Positions 44,128 through 55,144 of a stretch of 64,000 nt of DNA are shown here, piece after piece; the first letter of the stretch is position 1; each line of letters starts with the position of its first letter. Position numbers and translations under genes: made by a program. A model generated the notes under the pieces. The model was not told the origin of the DNA and ran no database searches. It was given only the letters and a program-made list of their open reading frames with translations. Source of the DNA: Histomonas meleagridis 2922-C6/04-290x (taxonomy: Eukaryota > Protista > Parabasalia); contig JAANOX010000034.1 in NCBI GenBank assembly GCA_020184695.1, forward strand, positions 124,001-188,000. Direction: 5' to 3'.

Positions 44128-45228
44128 TTATTGTATTTTAAGTTTATATGTTGATATAGATTTATCGAAAGCACCAACAAATAACTTATCTCCAATTATG
44201 GAAATACATCTTGTAGCTTTCTTCCAATCTTCAAGTTTAAACACTACGCTATCAGTTTCTACATCTATCGCAATTACAGTCATATCATTCGATGTTGTGA
44301 TCAAAGTTGCTGACGATTTCCAAAGCATTTGAAGTTGTGTTAACCCATCACTTATTACATGTGTTAAAGTCTTCAAAACTTCAATTTCTTTCGAATTAAC
44401 AGGCAAACGATAAATATATAATTTACATATATCAGTTAACGCTATAAATATCGATGGATCTGTGGGACATTGAACAAGATCTCTGATGCCCATCGCACTA
44501 GATGCAAATGCATTAGGGTTCATTGGGATTAAATGGTCAATTGAATAGTCATCGCTTGATCGAAAATGAAACATTGTGTCATTTTGAACCGAATATATGA
44601 TTCCATTGTTAAGTGAACATAAAGCACTAATTGGATTATCATGTGGAAATGTTGATGATATAGAAAAGGTTTCAATGTCAATAATGCACATAAAGTTGTT
44701 ACGTGATGCAGCAAATAATTTATTATCATTAATTGTAATGGCTATAATTGAACCTTGTGGAAGATTAAGAGTCTTGACAATAGAAAAGGTGGAAAGAGAA
44801 AGAATTCCTATAGTACCACTCATTGTCCCGAAATAGATATTATCATTTTGTCGGATAAAACAGAGAATTGTAGATAGTTTGGGGTTAATAAGAGCTATTT
44901 CTTCATTGTTTGGGCTAAGTTTTCTAATTGAACCATCTGTAAATGATGCTATTAAATAAGAATCATCAATGGATATCATCGAAATTGGTGATCCATTGAA
45001 TGCTTTGGTATCTATTTTTGATTCAAGAGAATATTTCGGCCCTTTAACAAGCTTACGAATAATATCATTTTGATTTGATAATTTCATTTCACCAAGTAAT
45101 TGTCGAAGTGTATGTTCTTGAAATGATCCTTCTTTGTATTGAACCTCAGCTTCACGAACAAGTGTATCAAATGTTTCTTTATAACCTTCTTCTTTGAGAA
45201 ATTGGAGAACGACCTGAATTGGCTCCAT
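44128..45228 (-). CDS. LisH + WD40/beta-propeller protein
   Basis: N-terminal VVLQFLKEEGYKETFDTL LisH motif; beta-strand repeats ending LFVGAFDKSISTY. Confidence 0.75.
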   Translation of the reverse strand: MEPIQVVLQFLKEEGYKETFDTLVREAEVQYKEGSFQEHTLRQLLGEMKLSNQNDIIRKLVKGPKYSLESKIDTKAFNGSPISMISIDDSYLIASFTDGSIRKLSPNNEEIALINPKLSTILCFIRQNDNIYFGTMSGTIGILSLSTFSIVKTLNLPQGSIIAITINDNKLFAASRNNFMCIIDIETFSISSTFPHDNPISALCSLNNGIIYSVQNDTMFHFRSSDDYSIDHLIPMNPNAFASSAMGIRDLVQCPTDPSIFIALTDICKLYIYRLPVNSKEIEVLKTLTHVISDGLTQLQMLWKSSATLITTSNDMTVIAIDVETDSVVFKLEDWKKATRCISIIGDKLFVGAFDKSISTYKLKIQ

Positions 45229-45276
45229 ATTGATTTAAACGTTCTTCACCGCCCGTTAAAATTTAACTCCAATAAA

Positions 45277-47547
45277 ATGTTTGAGGAATTAAGCAACCAA
45301 AGTCAGCAGCAACCACGAAACTTACCTCAGTGGGCCAGTGGTATCATCATTCAAATTCAAAAACTTCTTTCTCTTCAATATCAAATAACAATTCACCGTT
45401 CCAAATTATGCTCTCTATTCGATGATTTTTTATATTTCATGAGAACATTTGAACCAGATGCATCTGTTAATGAAAATACTCTTCGCGAAGCTAATCAATC
45501 ATTTGCTGATGTTTTAAATGAAACAATGAAAATTGTTTATTCATGTTCAAAAGTTCAATGGCTTACTACTGCAATTACATGGGATCATACAAGTGTTCTT
45601 AAATCTGTTATACAAATTCGATCACAAGCTAATAAATGTTCAATATCATTTGGCTGTAAGAACAAAAACTATTTTATAATATCCCAAAGCGATCTCAATG
45701 ATCAAGACAAAATCGATATTATTGCACTCAAGAGTGCTTTAATGGATTATCAATCAAGTATTTCAATGCAACCACAAACACCCAAATTAGCCAACTCAAT
45801 TCAAGTCCTTGAACAAAAGATTCAAGCTATTGGTCATCTTGAAGGTCTTGATGATGGACCAGGATTATCAACAATTCCACCATTTCTTCCTGAAGATAGT
45901 AACTCCGAAATTTCACACTCTGCATACGTCTTAGGCGATCTTATAGGCAATGGCACCTTTGGTTCTGTCTATACAGGCACAATGGTTGGCACCATGAAAA
46001 AAGTAGCTGTCAAAGAACTCAAAATGCACACACTTCGCGGCCGGCAACTTAAAACATTCAAGCGTGAAGTATGGGTTCTTAGTACTGTTAAGCATCCATC
46101 TGTTTTAGGACTTTTTGGTGTTACACTTACTCCACCATTTTGTATTGTTACTGAACTTCTTAAATGTTCATTAACATCACGAATGAGTTATTTAACGCCA
46201 ACGCGACGCTCAATCATTGCGCTTAAAGTCGCAGAAGGAATGAACTCATTACATATGCATGGGATAATTCATCGCGACCTAAAAAGCGCAAACATTCTCT
46301 TGGATGATGATGATCAACCACGAATTTGTGACTTTGGACTTGTTGGATTTTTAACGCCTGAAGTACATACAGGTTTTGTAGGCACTGCGCAATGGATGGC
46401 GCCTGAGCTATTAAGGTCATCACCACATTATGATGAGAAAGTTGATGTCTATTCTTTTGCTGTTTTATTGTGGGAAATGTTGTTGTTAAAAGAGCAGCCT
46501 TATCCAGGGATGTCACAAGACCAAGTTGTGATGGCTGTAATACAACAAAAAATTAGGCCACAAATCCCATCAAATTATGGCCCTCCACAATTGATTAATC
46601 TAATAACAAAATGTTGGGATGAAGATCCAAAAGAAAGACCTTCATTTACTACAATTTGTCAATGTTTAATGAAGCCCGAATTTCATTTTGTAGGTACAAA
46701 TGAAGATGATTTTCTAAATGCTTGTCCAATACAAGATATTCCTCAAATACAACAAACAATTCAAAACGATTATACAAGTTTTGAGGAGAACGTTAAGAAA
46801 TTAACGTCTGAAGACATTTTGAAAGACGATGAAGCCTTACAGAAAATTGAAGCGTACTTCCCAAAGCTAAACGTTCAACTGCAAATTGAGGTGCTCCAAA
46901 AACTGCCGACGGTTATTGACTTTGAAAAATATTTAGCAACAAATAATGGTTATAGTTTCATAATTTCTTTATTTAATTATCCAAAAGAAATTATAATTGA
47001 ACTTGTGAAAATCTTACAATCTTTAAATGTAAGATCGAACACATTTAAACAAGCAAAACTTTTAGAAAATCTTTCGAAATTAAAATATTCCGAATCATTA
47101 AATTTATTATCGAAAATAACAGTTAATTTTGATATAGCAAATCATATTGCAAAACATTGTTTACCATTTAATTATAATAATTATTATGTTTTACTCATCT
47201 ATAAGAATTTGCTTTCTTACGCTTCTTTAAGACAAATAATTGCAAAATATAAAGAGCCAATTCAAATTGCAATAAAATATATGAACGAACACTTTAACGA
47301 ATGTTTATTTGTGCTTTCATATTATCAATATAATGATCCAAAATTTGTTGATGAAATGGATTTGATAAATAATTTCAATAACAAAATAAATGAAAACCTA
47401 AAAGTCCTCGCAGTGATGTACCGAATGTTCGAAACATTACCAAACAATTATTTATCAAACTTTTCCGAATTGATTAAAAAATTATTCGCACAATATCCAC
47501 AGTTCAAAGTACCAGAATTAGTGCAAAAACTTCAACCAATATTTTAA
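45277..47547 (+). CDS. TKL-family protein kinase
   Basis: IGNGTFGSVY, VAVKEL, HRDLKSANIL, DFG, GTAQWMAPE, CWDEDPKERPSF. First ATG is 45277 (track starts at TTG 45139). Confidence 0.92.
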   Translation: MFEELSNQSQQQPRNLPQWASGIIIQIQKLLSLQYQITIHRSKLCSLFDDFLYFMRTFEPDASVNENTLREANQSFADVLNETMKIVYSCSKVQWLTTAITWDHTSVLKSVIQIRSQANKCSISFGCKNKNYFIISQSDLNDQDKIDIIALKSALMDYQSSISMQPQTPKLANSIQVLEQKIQAIGHLEGLDDGPGLSTIPPFLPEDSNSEISHSAYVLGDLIGNGTFGSVYTGTMVGTMKKVAVKELKMHTLRGRQLKTFKREVWVLSTVKHPSVLGLFGVTLTPPFCIVTELLKCSLTSRMSYLTPTRRSIIALKVAEGMNSLHMHGIIHRDLKSANILLDDDDQPRICDFGLVGFLTPEVHTGFVGTAQWMAPELLRSSPHYDEKVDVYSFAVLLWEMLLLKEQPYPGMSQDQVVMAVIQQKIRPQIPSNYGPPQLINLITKCWDEDPKERPSFTTICQCLMKPEFHFVGTNEDDFLNACPIQDIPQIQQTIQNDYTSFEENVKKLTSEDILKDDEALQKIEAYFPKLNVQLQIEVLQKLPTVIDFEKYLATNNGYSFIISLFNYPKEIIIELVKILQSLNVRSNTFKQAKLLENLSKLKYSESLNLLSKITVNFDIANHIAKHCLPFNYNNYYVLLIYKNLLSYASLRQIIAKYKEPIQIAIKYMNEHFNECLFVLSYYQYNDPKFVDEMDLINNFNNKINENLKVLAVMYRMFETLPNNYLSNFSELIKKLFAQYPQFKVPELVQKLQPIF

Positions 47548-47949
47548 TAAACTAACTTTAGAACTTTATAATGTATTTTTTTATAATCAATTTTTTTTTT
47601 TTGATTTAAAATATCCAAATTTTATTTAGTGTAAGCAGAATAAAGAAATATTATAAATATAAAACTTTATGTTGAAATCTTATTAAACAATTAGTTTTGA
47701 AGATAAAAACAATCAATAGTTTTGAAGAAGTGGATTTTCCCTATCAAAAAACATTGCATTATCATCTTTGAATAAAAATTCATAGAAAGTAGGCTTTACT
47801 TATTTTTGGAATTTGGGGACAGAAGCTCCCGTTTTTAATAAAAAATTATAATTTCTTACATAAAATTACAATTCAGTGACACTTTTATGAATAAATTTCT
47901 GAAATCCATTTCCATGTAAATTATTCAATTTTTATTTACCAAAAAATTT

Positions 47950-49100
47950 TGTTTTACCAACCAGTGGGTAATGGGTGATGGAGGTTGAGATTGTGACTTT
48001 GGTTGTACAAAACCTTGAAGCTTGTTCAAGGAAGTTATCTTCTGGATAAGTTCTTTTATATGACATGATCAGAAGGCGATGTAAACTTCGTTTCCTAATT
48101 TATGACTTCGCTTCCATGTATATATACATCAAAATTTTTAGGTGATTCCTCCTCATCCCAAAGAAGTTTAGAAGGATTATCCCAAAAAGGAAGAACTGAA
48201 TTCCGAAACATATCGACCATTTTACATGCACCCTGAGGGTTGCTATTAGAAAAATGATTAAAATTTTCAATAACCAAGTTGATATCACCTTTAAAGTATG
48301 GAAGATAAAATAAAAAATTTCTACTATGAATTTCTTTTGAACTACCAACAGGACACTTGAAAGCACAACCTAATTTTTGGATACAAGATTCAAAATCATT
48401 TACATCTTTAAAATCAATTGCAACCAAATCTCTAGAATCTTCTAGAATATACTCATCAATTGGGTCTTTCGAATCACAAAAGACAACCATATTCCGACTG
48501 AAACTTTTCATTTCAAATCAAACCTGATTGCGTTCCAGAGAGTTTTCCCTGGCACTTTTTTATCAGTGATGCCAGTTTTTTTCTCATGTGTGTAGGTCTA
48601 AATATGTACATGTGTAAATTCATCAGTCTTCAGCATTTTAATAATCAAGAATATTAGCTTGATGAGCACTACAAAGTTGCATAAATCTTTTCCATATGTT
48701 TCAGGGTTCATGCGCTGTTTTAATTAGATTAGCTAAGAATGAATCACGGTTATTCACAAAACATGTTATTCAACCTAATCCAAGTCCGTTGATTTAATTA
48801 TGCATCTGGACGAAAATCAAATGCACACGCATTTAAAACATTAATTTGGATACTATTTTCTTTAAACATTGGTTGGAGAATTGTACACAATTATTAAAAC
48901 CGTTTGTAACGCAGTTCCTGTGAGGTTCCTTTTCGTAAATGATCAACTATAATTTTTGTACTTCGGTTGCATTGAGATATCCAAAACATTCCTGAATTAT
49001 TCCAACAATATATATGGATATCAACTATTTCAAGTGAGACTGAAAGCAGATCCGGTGACATAAAAGCATTATCAGAATCCATCTTTTTTGTATGCACATT
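47950..49100 (-). pseudogene. Fragmented ORF-like region of unknown family (includes ORFs 48095-48511 and 48894-49097)
   Basis: More GC-rich than flanking spacers; short open segments in changing frames; no recognised motif. Confidence 0.35.
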
Positions 49101-49208
49101 TTGTATTATCCATTGATTGCTAAAAAGTTACAAAATCACAAATAAAAATATTTCAAATTTTTATATCAAATCAAAATCAATTTAATTAATTTTTATTATA
49201 TATTTGCA

Positions 49209-49412
49209 TTATAACCAATTACTTTCATCTTCTTTAACAATATCTGCAACTAAATAATTTACATTTTCATTTTGTTTTGTACTTGATGTTGTTGAATTTT
49301 TGAAGTGTAATTTTGAAGTAGTTTTATCTTTTTTATTGTTATATTTAACTAAAAATATAACAATTCCAATAATTTTCAAAACAAATGCAATTGATCCACA
49401 AATTATTCCAAT
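49209..49412 (-). pseudogene. TM helix and cytoplasmic tail of a surface protein, cut at the copy B boundary
   Basis: IGIICGSIAFVLKIIGIVIFLVKYNNKK...KEDESNWL*; the frame ends at the repeat junction. Confidence 0.7.
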
Positions 49413-52400
49413 TAAAGCGACAAAATTTCATTAATAAAAGTGGAGATAATGTAAAACAATATAATTCTCGAATGAATAATGAAGCAGTCAGTCTAAATAA
49501 AATAAGTATTCAATCAATCAATAAAAAATCTAATGAATATAAAACAAAACAGAAAAGCATCGAAAATAAACACAATTCTTATATAAAACAAGAAACAATT
49601 GATATCAATGAAATCGAAAACCTTAAGTCAGAAAACCAAAAATCAATTTTACATAATAATAAAGCATCTGATTCAACACAGGAAAGTAGTATACTTAGTG
49701 ATAGTAAACATGAAAATTATTCAAACCAAAAAATAATTAGTTTCCATGAAATAGAAAGCATTGAACCATTTTCATATCATAATCATGAAAGTAAATCAAA
49801 ACAACAAAATATTATCAATAAAAGCGAAGATAAAACAAATAATTCACAAATGAAAGAAGAACGTCCATTAAAAACAAATTCTTTACTCAAAGATAACACA
49901 TTGCAAAAACAGTCAAATTCATTTACATTCAGTTTTGATGATATAGAAACCATCGAGTCATCATATAAAAATTCAGAATATTCTAATGCAAAACAATCTG
50001 ATAATGATTCACCATCAATATCGAAAGGTAAAAATAAGACAAATGATGAAGTGTTGTTATCTGTATCCATTAACCAAAATAATCCTTCTTCGTCAACAAC
50101 ATCAAATAAGATACAAGCAAATAATAACACCGAAATTAAATCAAATTCTTCATCTTCTTCGTATTCATTAATTCCTTTTGTTGTTATAAATGAATCAAAT
50201 ACAAATGATAAAGAATCATTTCCAATTTTATCAATTGATCATAATAAACAACAAAATCAAATTGTTTCTTTAAATGATAGTTTAGATAAAAAGATATTAT
50301 CAAATACAGTTGATTTAGGAATGCTTCGCAACAAAAGAAATGATATTCCACGAGTGTCATTTGATAACACAGTTAGGTTTAAAACTTCAAAATTTTTTGC
50401 AAGAAGAAAAAGTACATCAAGTGTTGATACATCATTTTCAACCACAACAAATTTTGACTCATTCCTTCAATCTATACCTGTTATTGACAGGCTTGAGTTA
50501 TATTCCAAAGAACATGAAGATTTATCTCTCGAACTTGATCAATAAATATTTTACATTTTTTGATTCAGGAAATTCTTTAATTTATTTTTGTAAAGTATTT
50601 AAATTAGTAACTTCTCTCAAATCTGCGACTGTAACATTTGAATGTTTATTGAATTTAATGTTCTTGTTTTTTCTTCCAATCCATGTAACAAATTTAGAAT
50701 CACCATACGGTGTTGCTGCTCATATTAGCAGAGATGAATACCTAGAAAACAATACGATTCTTGACAGAATCAAAGATGCTGGAATTCAATGGATAAGAAC
50801 TGATTTTTGATTGGTATCGATACATATATAACATAGATGGATTTGAGTTTTGTCATGGGTCCAGTTCGTAATCACTCACTAATATATTGCCAATTATAAC
50901 TTATGAAAATCGACCACCAATAAATTATCTAGAGGAAGCTATTGATCGAACGCGCATGATTGTAAGTCGCTACCAATCAGAACTTAAGTATTGGGAAATT
51001 TTAAATGAACCAAATATAGCAGGGTTCTGGGGTGGTACACCTGATCCAGCTGGTTATGCTTTACTTTTAAAAGAGTCATATAAAGCTATTAAGGAAATTA
51101 ATTCTTCACTCCAAGTTGTCTTTGGAGGACTTGCAGGTGCTCAATTATTTATTTCTATGAAACATTAAATGAGTTTAATGATAGTAATCTTCCTTTCGAC
51201 ATAATAAATATTCATACATATCGTGTTGGCTTTCACAATTTCACCATGGTTGAATTTTGCAAGAAAGATATTGAATCTTTTTGTAAATCTTGCCAAAGAA
51301 AAAGGAAAGAAAAGAGGGATTTTCCTATTTGGGTCACAGAAATGGGTTATTCCACTCACTATAGAGGTTTTGATTATCCAAGATGGTTGTTCAAGACAAT
51401 TTTTTCCATGCTTCGAAAAACAACCAATTACAAAAAAAGATAAAAAAAGGATTGGATATCTTCATGGCATTAACTTCACAGGTGGATCTAGTCTTTGTGT
51501 AACTCCACTTCGCTCAATTCTTTCAGAAGCACTTAATGGTACCGAATTTTTCAGATTTTTGAAATTAAGAACATTGATTTTTGATTATTATTTTATCCAA
51601 AACCATACTTTAGAAGAAGACTTTGATATGGTAATAGTACCTCCATCAGAATATTATACACAAATTGCATTTAATGCAACATATTCCTTTGTTAAGAATG
51701 GCGGGAAACTTGTTTTTCTTCAAGGTGTTCCATTATATTATAATGTTGAAACAGAAGCACGAAGGAAGTTAAAAATTAATTTCATTTCAAGTTGGGGATA
51801 TCCAACGATTGTTCCACCACAAGGTATTCTTGAATATTCATCTGAAGTACCGAATGAACTTCGAACATTTAATCTTTCAACTAAAGTTGGAACACGATTT
51901 TTCAATGATACATTACTTGATAAACCTAATGACCGAATGATTCCAATTTTATATGGTATTAATGAAACAATGCACTTTAAAGAACCTGCAGTACTTATAT
52001 ATGATTATGATTCTGATCTAAAAGGAAGTGTTATTATTAGTTCTCTTACATTTACTACGAATAATGGTAATAAAGTTGGAACTGAAAGGGAACAAGGAAT
52101 ATATGTTCCACAAAATTATTTACTTGCATCAAGATTTGGTGTTGAGAAATTCTTTAATTATGAGTTTAGGGCAACAGAAACAGATGAAGATGATCCAGAA
52201 AGCTTCTTTGGAATTGTGCATCGAAATTTGGATCCAAAACCTGCATATTATGGATTAAAAGCATTAACACGTGCAAAACCTTCAGGTTCAATTGATTATA
52301 AAAACATTGATTATATGGAAGAAGAACATTTAAAGTTAATTTGGAAAAGACCTGACGGGAAAAAAACGGATTTGCATTCTGGATACCAAATGATGATGTA

Positions 52401-53483
52401 TACAAAAGAAATATAAAAATTGTTGGTGAAGTTTCAGAATGTTTTGGTCATTTCGGAAATGATTTACCTATTATGAAGTCTGGCGATGAGATTAATTTAT
52501 CTCAAGAAATTATTTATATAATTGGACCAGAAGAAGTAATAGTAACAAAAGAACATGTAGAACCAGAAAAAGAAACAGAAACAGAAACAATAGAATCCAT
52601 AGAAACAGATGAAGAAACAGAAACAATAACAAAAGAATCTGTTGAAACAGATTCAGAAGATAACAATAACAATGGTAAATTATCTGATGGTGCTCTGGCT
52701 GGGATTATTGTGGCATGTGTGTTATTTGTTATAGTTGTAGTTGTGGTAGTTATTATAATTATAAGGAAAAAATCATATAAAAATGTTGAAGTTGATGTTT
52801 CAATTTAAATAAAAATGTCGAATAAATATTTTATATAAAATTAAAAGTGCGTTTTCCAAAAAAACAAATATAGACATAATAATAATTATTACAATTTTGA
52901 AATAATTAATAATATGTTATGAAATCTTAATAAAAAACAATTTTTTTTCAAATAATAATTTTAATGGTTCAATTTTTGAATTTTGATCTATATTATTATT
53001 ATATATTTTGAATAATTTATAATTTCACTTTATACCATTTCTTATTTACTTTATATTGACAAAACTATATATATTTGTATTAAGTATCATTATATTTGTA
53101 CATTATGTTTTCTCTATTAGTTAATCTCTAATTACTTTATTTAGAATAACAAAAAAATTATTTTAAACTTTAATTTTAATCAGGATCCATATACGAAAAT
53201 ATGAAACAAATAATGGGCATCAGTTTAAAGAAAAACCAAATCATAATCAATATGTTAAGTATTTATATATAATAAACATCAATATATTATTAATGTTAAT
53301 GAAATATTGTGAATATGTCAATTAGATTTATTTTATGTTCGTTTTGGAATTTTGTTTAATTGTTTTTGTCTCCTGAATTTACTTTATGATTTGAATATGG
53401 TGAAAACAAAGAACCACTTTTCAAGAAAACGAAAACTTGTGAGAAATCGTTACTTTAAGCAATGTTCTTTCAATTATCAATAT
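49410..53483 (+). repeat. Inverted duplication, copy B (derived)
   Basis: Near-identical to the reverse complement of 31976-36855. Starts mid-gene, and both flanks are truncated gene remnants. Confidence 0.92.
50658..52808 (+). CDS. Clan GH-A glycoside hydrolase, copy B, with E/T-rich stalk, TM helix and short tail; frameshifted mainly in the 5' half
   Basis: Same catalytic motifs as copy A; ends GALAGIIVACVLFVIVVVVVVIIIIRKKSYKNVEVDVSI. About 715 aa if repaired. Confidence 0.8.
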
Positions 53484-54090
53484 CATGTTTTTATATCATT
53501 AATTTTCATTCCATTTAAACATGCTGCAATGACAATGTTCGTGTAAGTATCTTCAGAACCAGTTGGTAATTCCATAACAAACTTCGACATTATCGAACTA
53601 TTCTTGTGTATCGAATATTGTTTTGTCATTAGTTATTGTTGAACATACTTTATCAACAATATCAGTTGGGATTCCATCTTTAAGGAACTCGACGAAATTC
53701 GAAAATGGAATTTCTTTTGAGAGAACTTTTTCCATTTTACTTTTGATTTCGTCGTTAAGTTGTTCTCTAGTTATAGCATTCGCTTTTATATATTTAAGTA
53801 ACTCTTCTCTATTAGTTCCATTAAATACTACTTCGCATGATTGGATACATTGTACAATCTCAGTAAATGATGGACGAGCTTTCGGATCGCGATCCCAACA
53901 ATACGTTATCCCGCATTCCAGGATTAACATCGTTAGGCATTACAGGCCGTATATCGTTTGTTACGACTTGTGAAATGATTTGTGCAGCATCCATCCCATG
54001 ATATGGAACATGACCTGATGCAAGTTCCTATAGGAGAATACCAAACGCATAAACATCAACTTTAAATGAGTAGTTAGGTGTAGATGATAA
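53484..54090 (-). pseudogene. TKL kinase C-lobe fragment
   Basis: YSFKVDVYAFGILL*ELASGHVPYHG (TGG to TAG), a frameshift, then CWDRDPKARPSFTEI. No N-lobe; the 3' end is cut by copy B. Confidence 0.85.
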
Positions 54091-54149
54091 TATATAAATA
54101 AATATAATGAAAATTAATGATATGCAAACATATCTAAAAGAAATTTAAT

Positions 54150-54700
54150 GTTTATTCTAAAAATAGAAAATGGTTTTAATATCGCATATATTTCTTTTTT
54201 ATTGATATTTTAATATTTCAATTAAATTACATTTGCAAATGTATTTGTGGTTTCTTTTTTGTTTTCATTTTCATTTTCGTATGCACTTTCGTTTTTAATA
54301 TTTTCTGTTTTTTGTTTCGAATTCGAATCAATAATACGACAAGTAGTGTTATAATAATTAAAAGAATAATAATTGTCGTAATATTATTATCATCAATACT
54401 GAGGAATTCATTTAAATTAATATATGCATAGAAATCTGAATAAAAATTATAATATGTATATTCATAACGATTGTGTAATCATAATAAATAAATTTAGTTT
54501 CAATATATGAAAACATTAAATTGCTTAAAAAAAATGAAAATGATTTTATTTGGGTTTCATAAATAGTTAATGGATGGGTAATATATACTGAAATGGTTAT
54601 TATATTAGAAAATGATAAAGTTAAATAACCTTGAAGTAAATTTATAAATGTATTCGACCTAGTGAATGCATTTGATTTACTGAATGTATTTGATTGTTAT
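54150..54700 (-). pseudogene. Second surface-protein C-terminal remnant (SNTFSKSNAFTRSNTF stalk + TM)
   Basis: Same architecture as 39221-39900, with stops and frameshifts. Confidence 0.55.
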
Positions 54701-54810
54701 ATATAAATTATTATAAAGTATTCAAAAATAATTTAAATGTATATTTGGTCACTTCAATCATTTTAACGACTTTTTGACCAACAAGAAAACCGCCAATATT
54801 GATCGGTAAA

Positions 54811-55131
54811 ATGGAGGAAAGTTCAACAGAGAAATATCAACGCTTAAAAGCTCGTGGTGAATATCTCCAAGCAAGACAGAGAATACTCAACGAAAAAGTA
54901 AAGCAAGCTCTGTCTTTATACCAAAAGCTCAACAAACCAGAAAATTTTGAATCAGAACTACAAGAACTCCAATTGCTCTACAATGAACTTTTTTCCTCCA
55001 TGCAGCATTTTTCAGATGAACTCACATATCCTACTAAAACTCTCATAAATAAACTTCGAGAAGAAATTGATTCACATTCTCGAAAGTTACGTGAAGAATG
55101 GAAACCTATTATATCGCAATCCACAATTTAA
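54811..55131 (+). CDS. Small coiled-coil protein
   Basis: ATG 54811; heptad-rich 106 aa. Confidence 0.55.
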   Translation: MEESSTEKYQRLKARGEYLQARQRILNEKVKQALSLYQKLNKPENFESELQELQLLYNELFSSMQHFSDELTYPTKTLINKLREEIDSHSRKLREEWKPIISQSTI

Positions 55132-55144
55132 TAAAATATAATAT

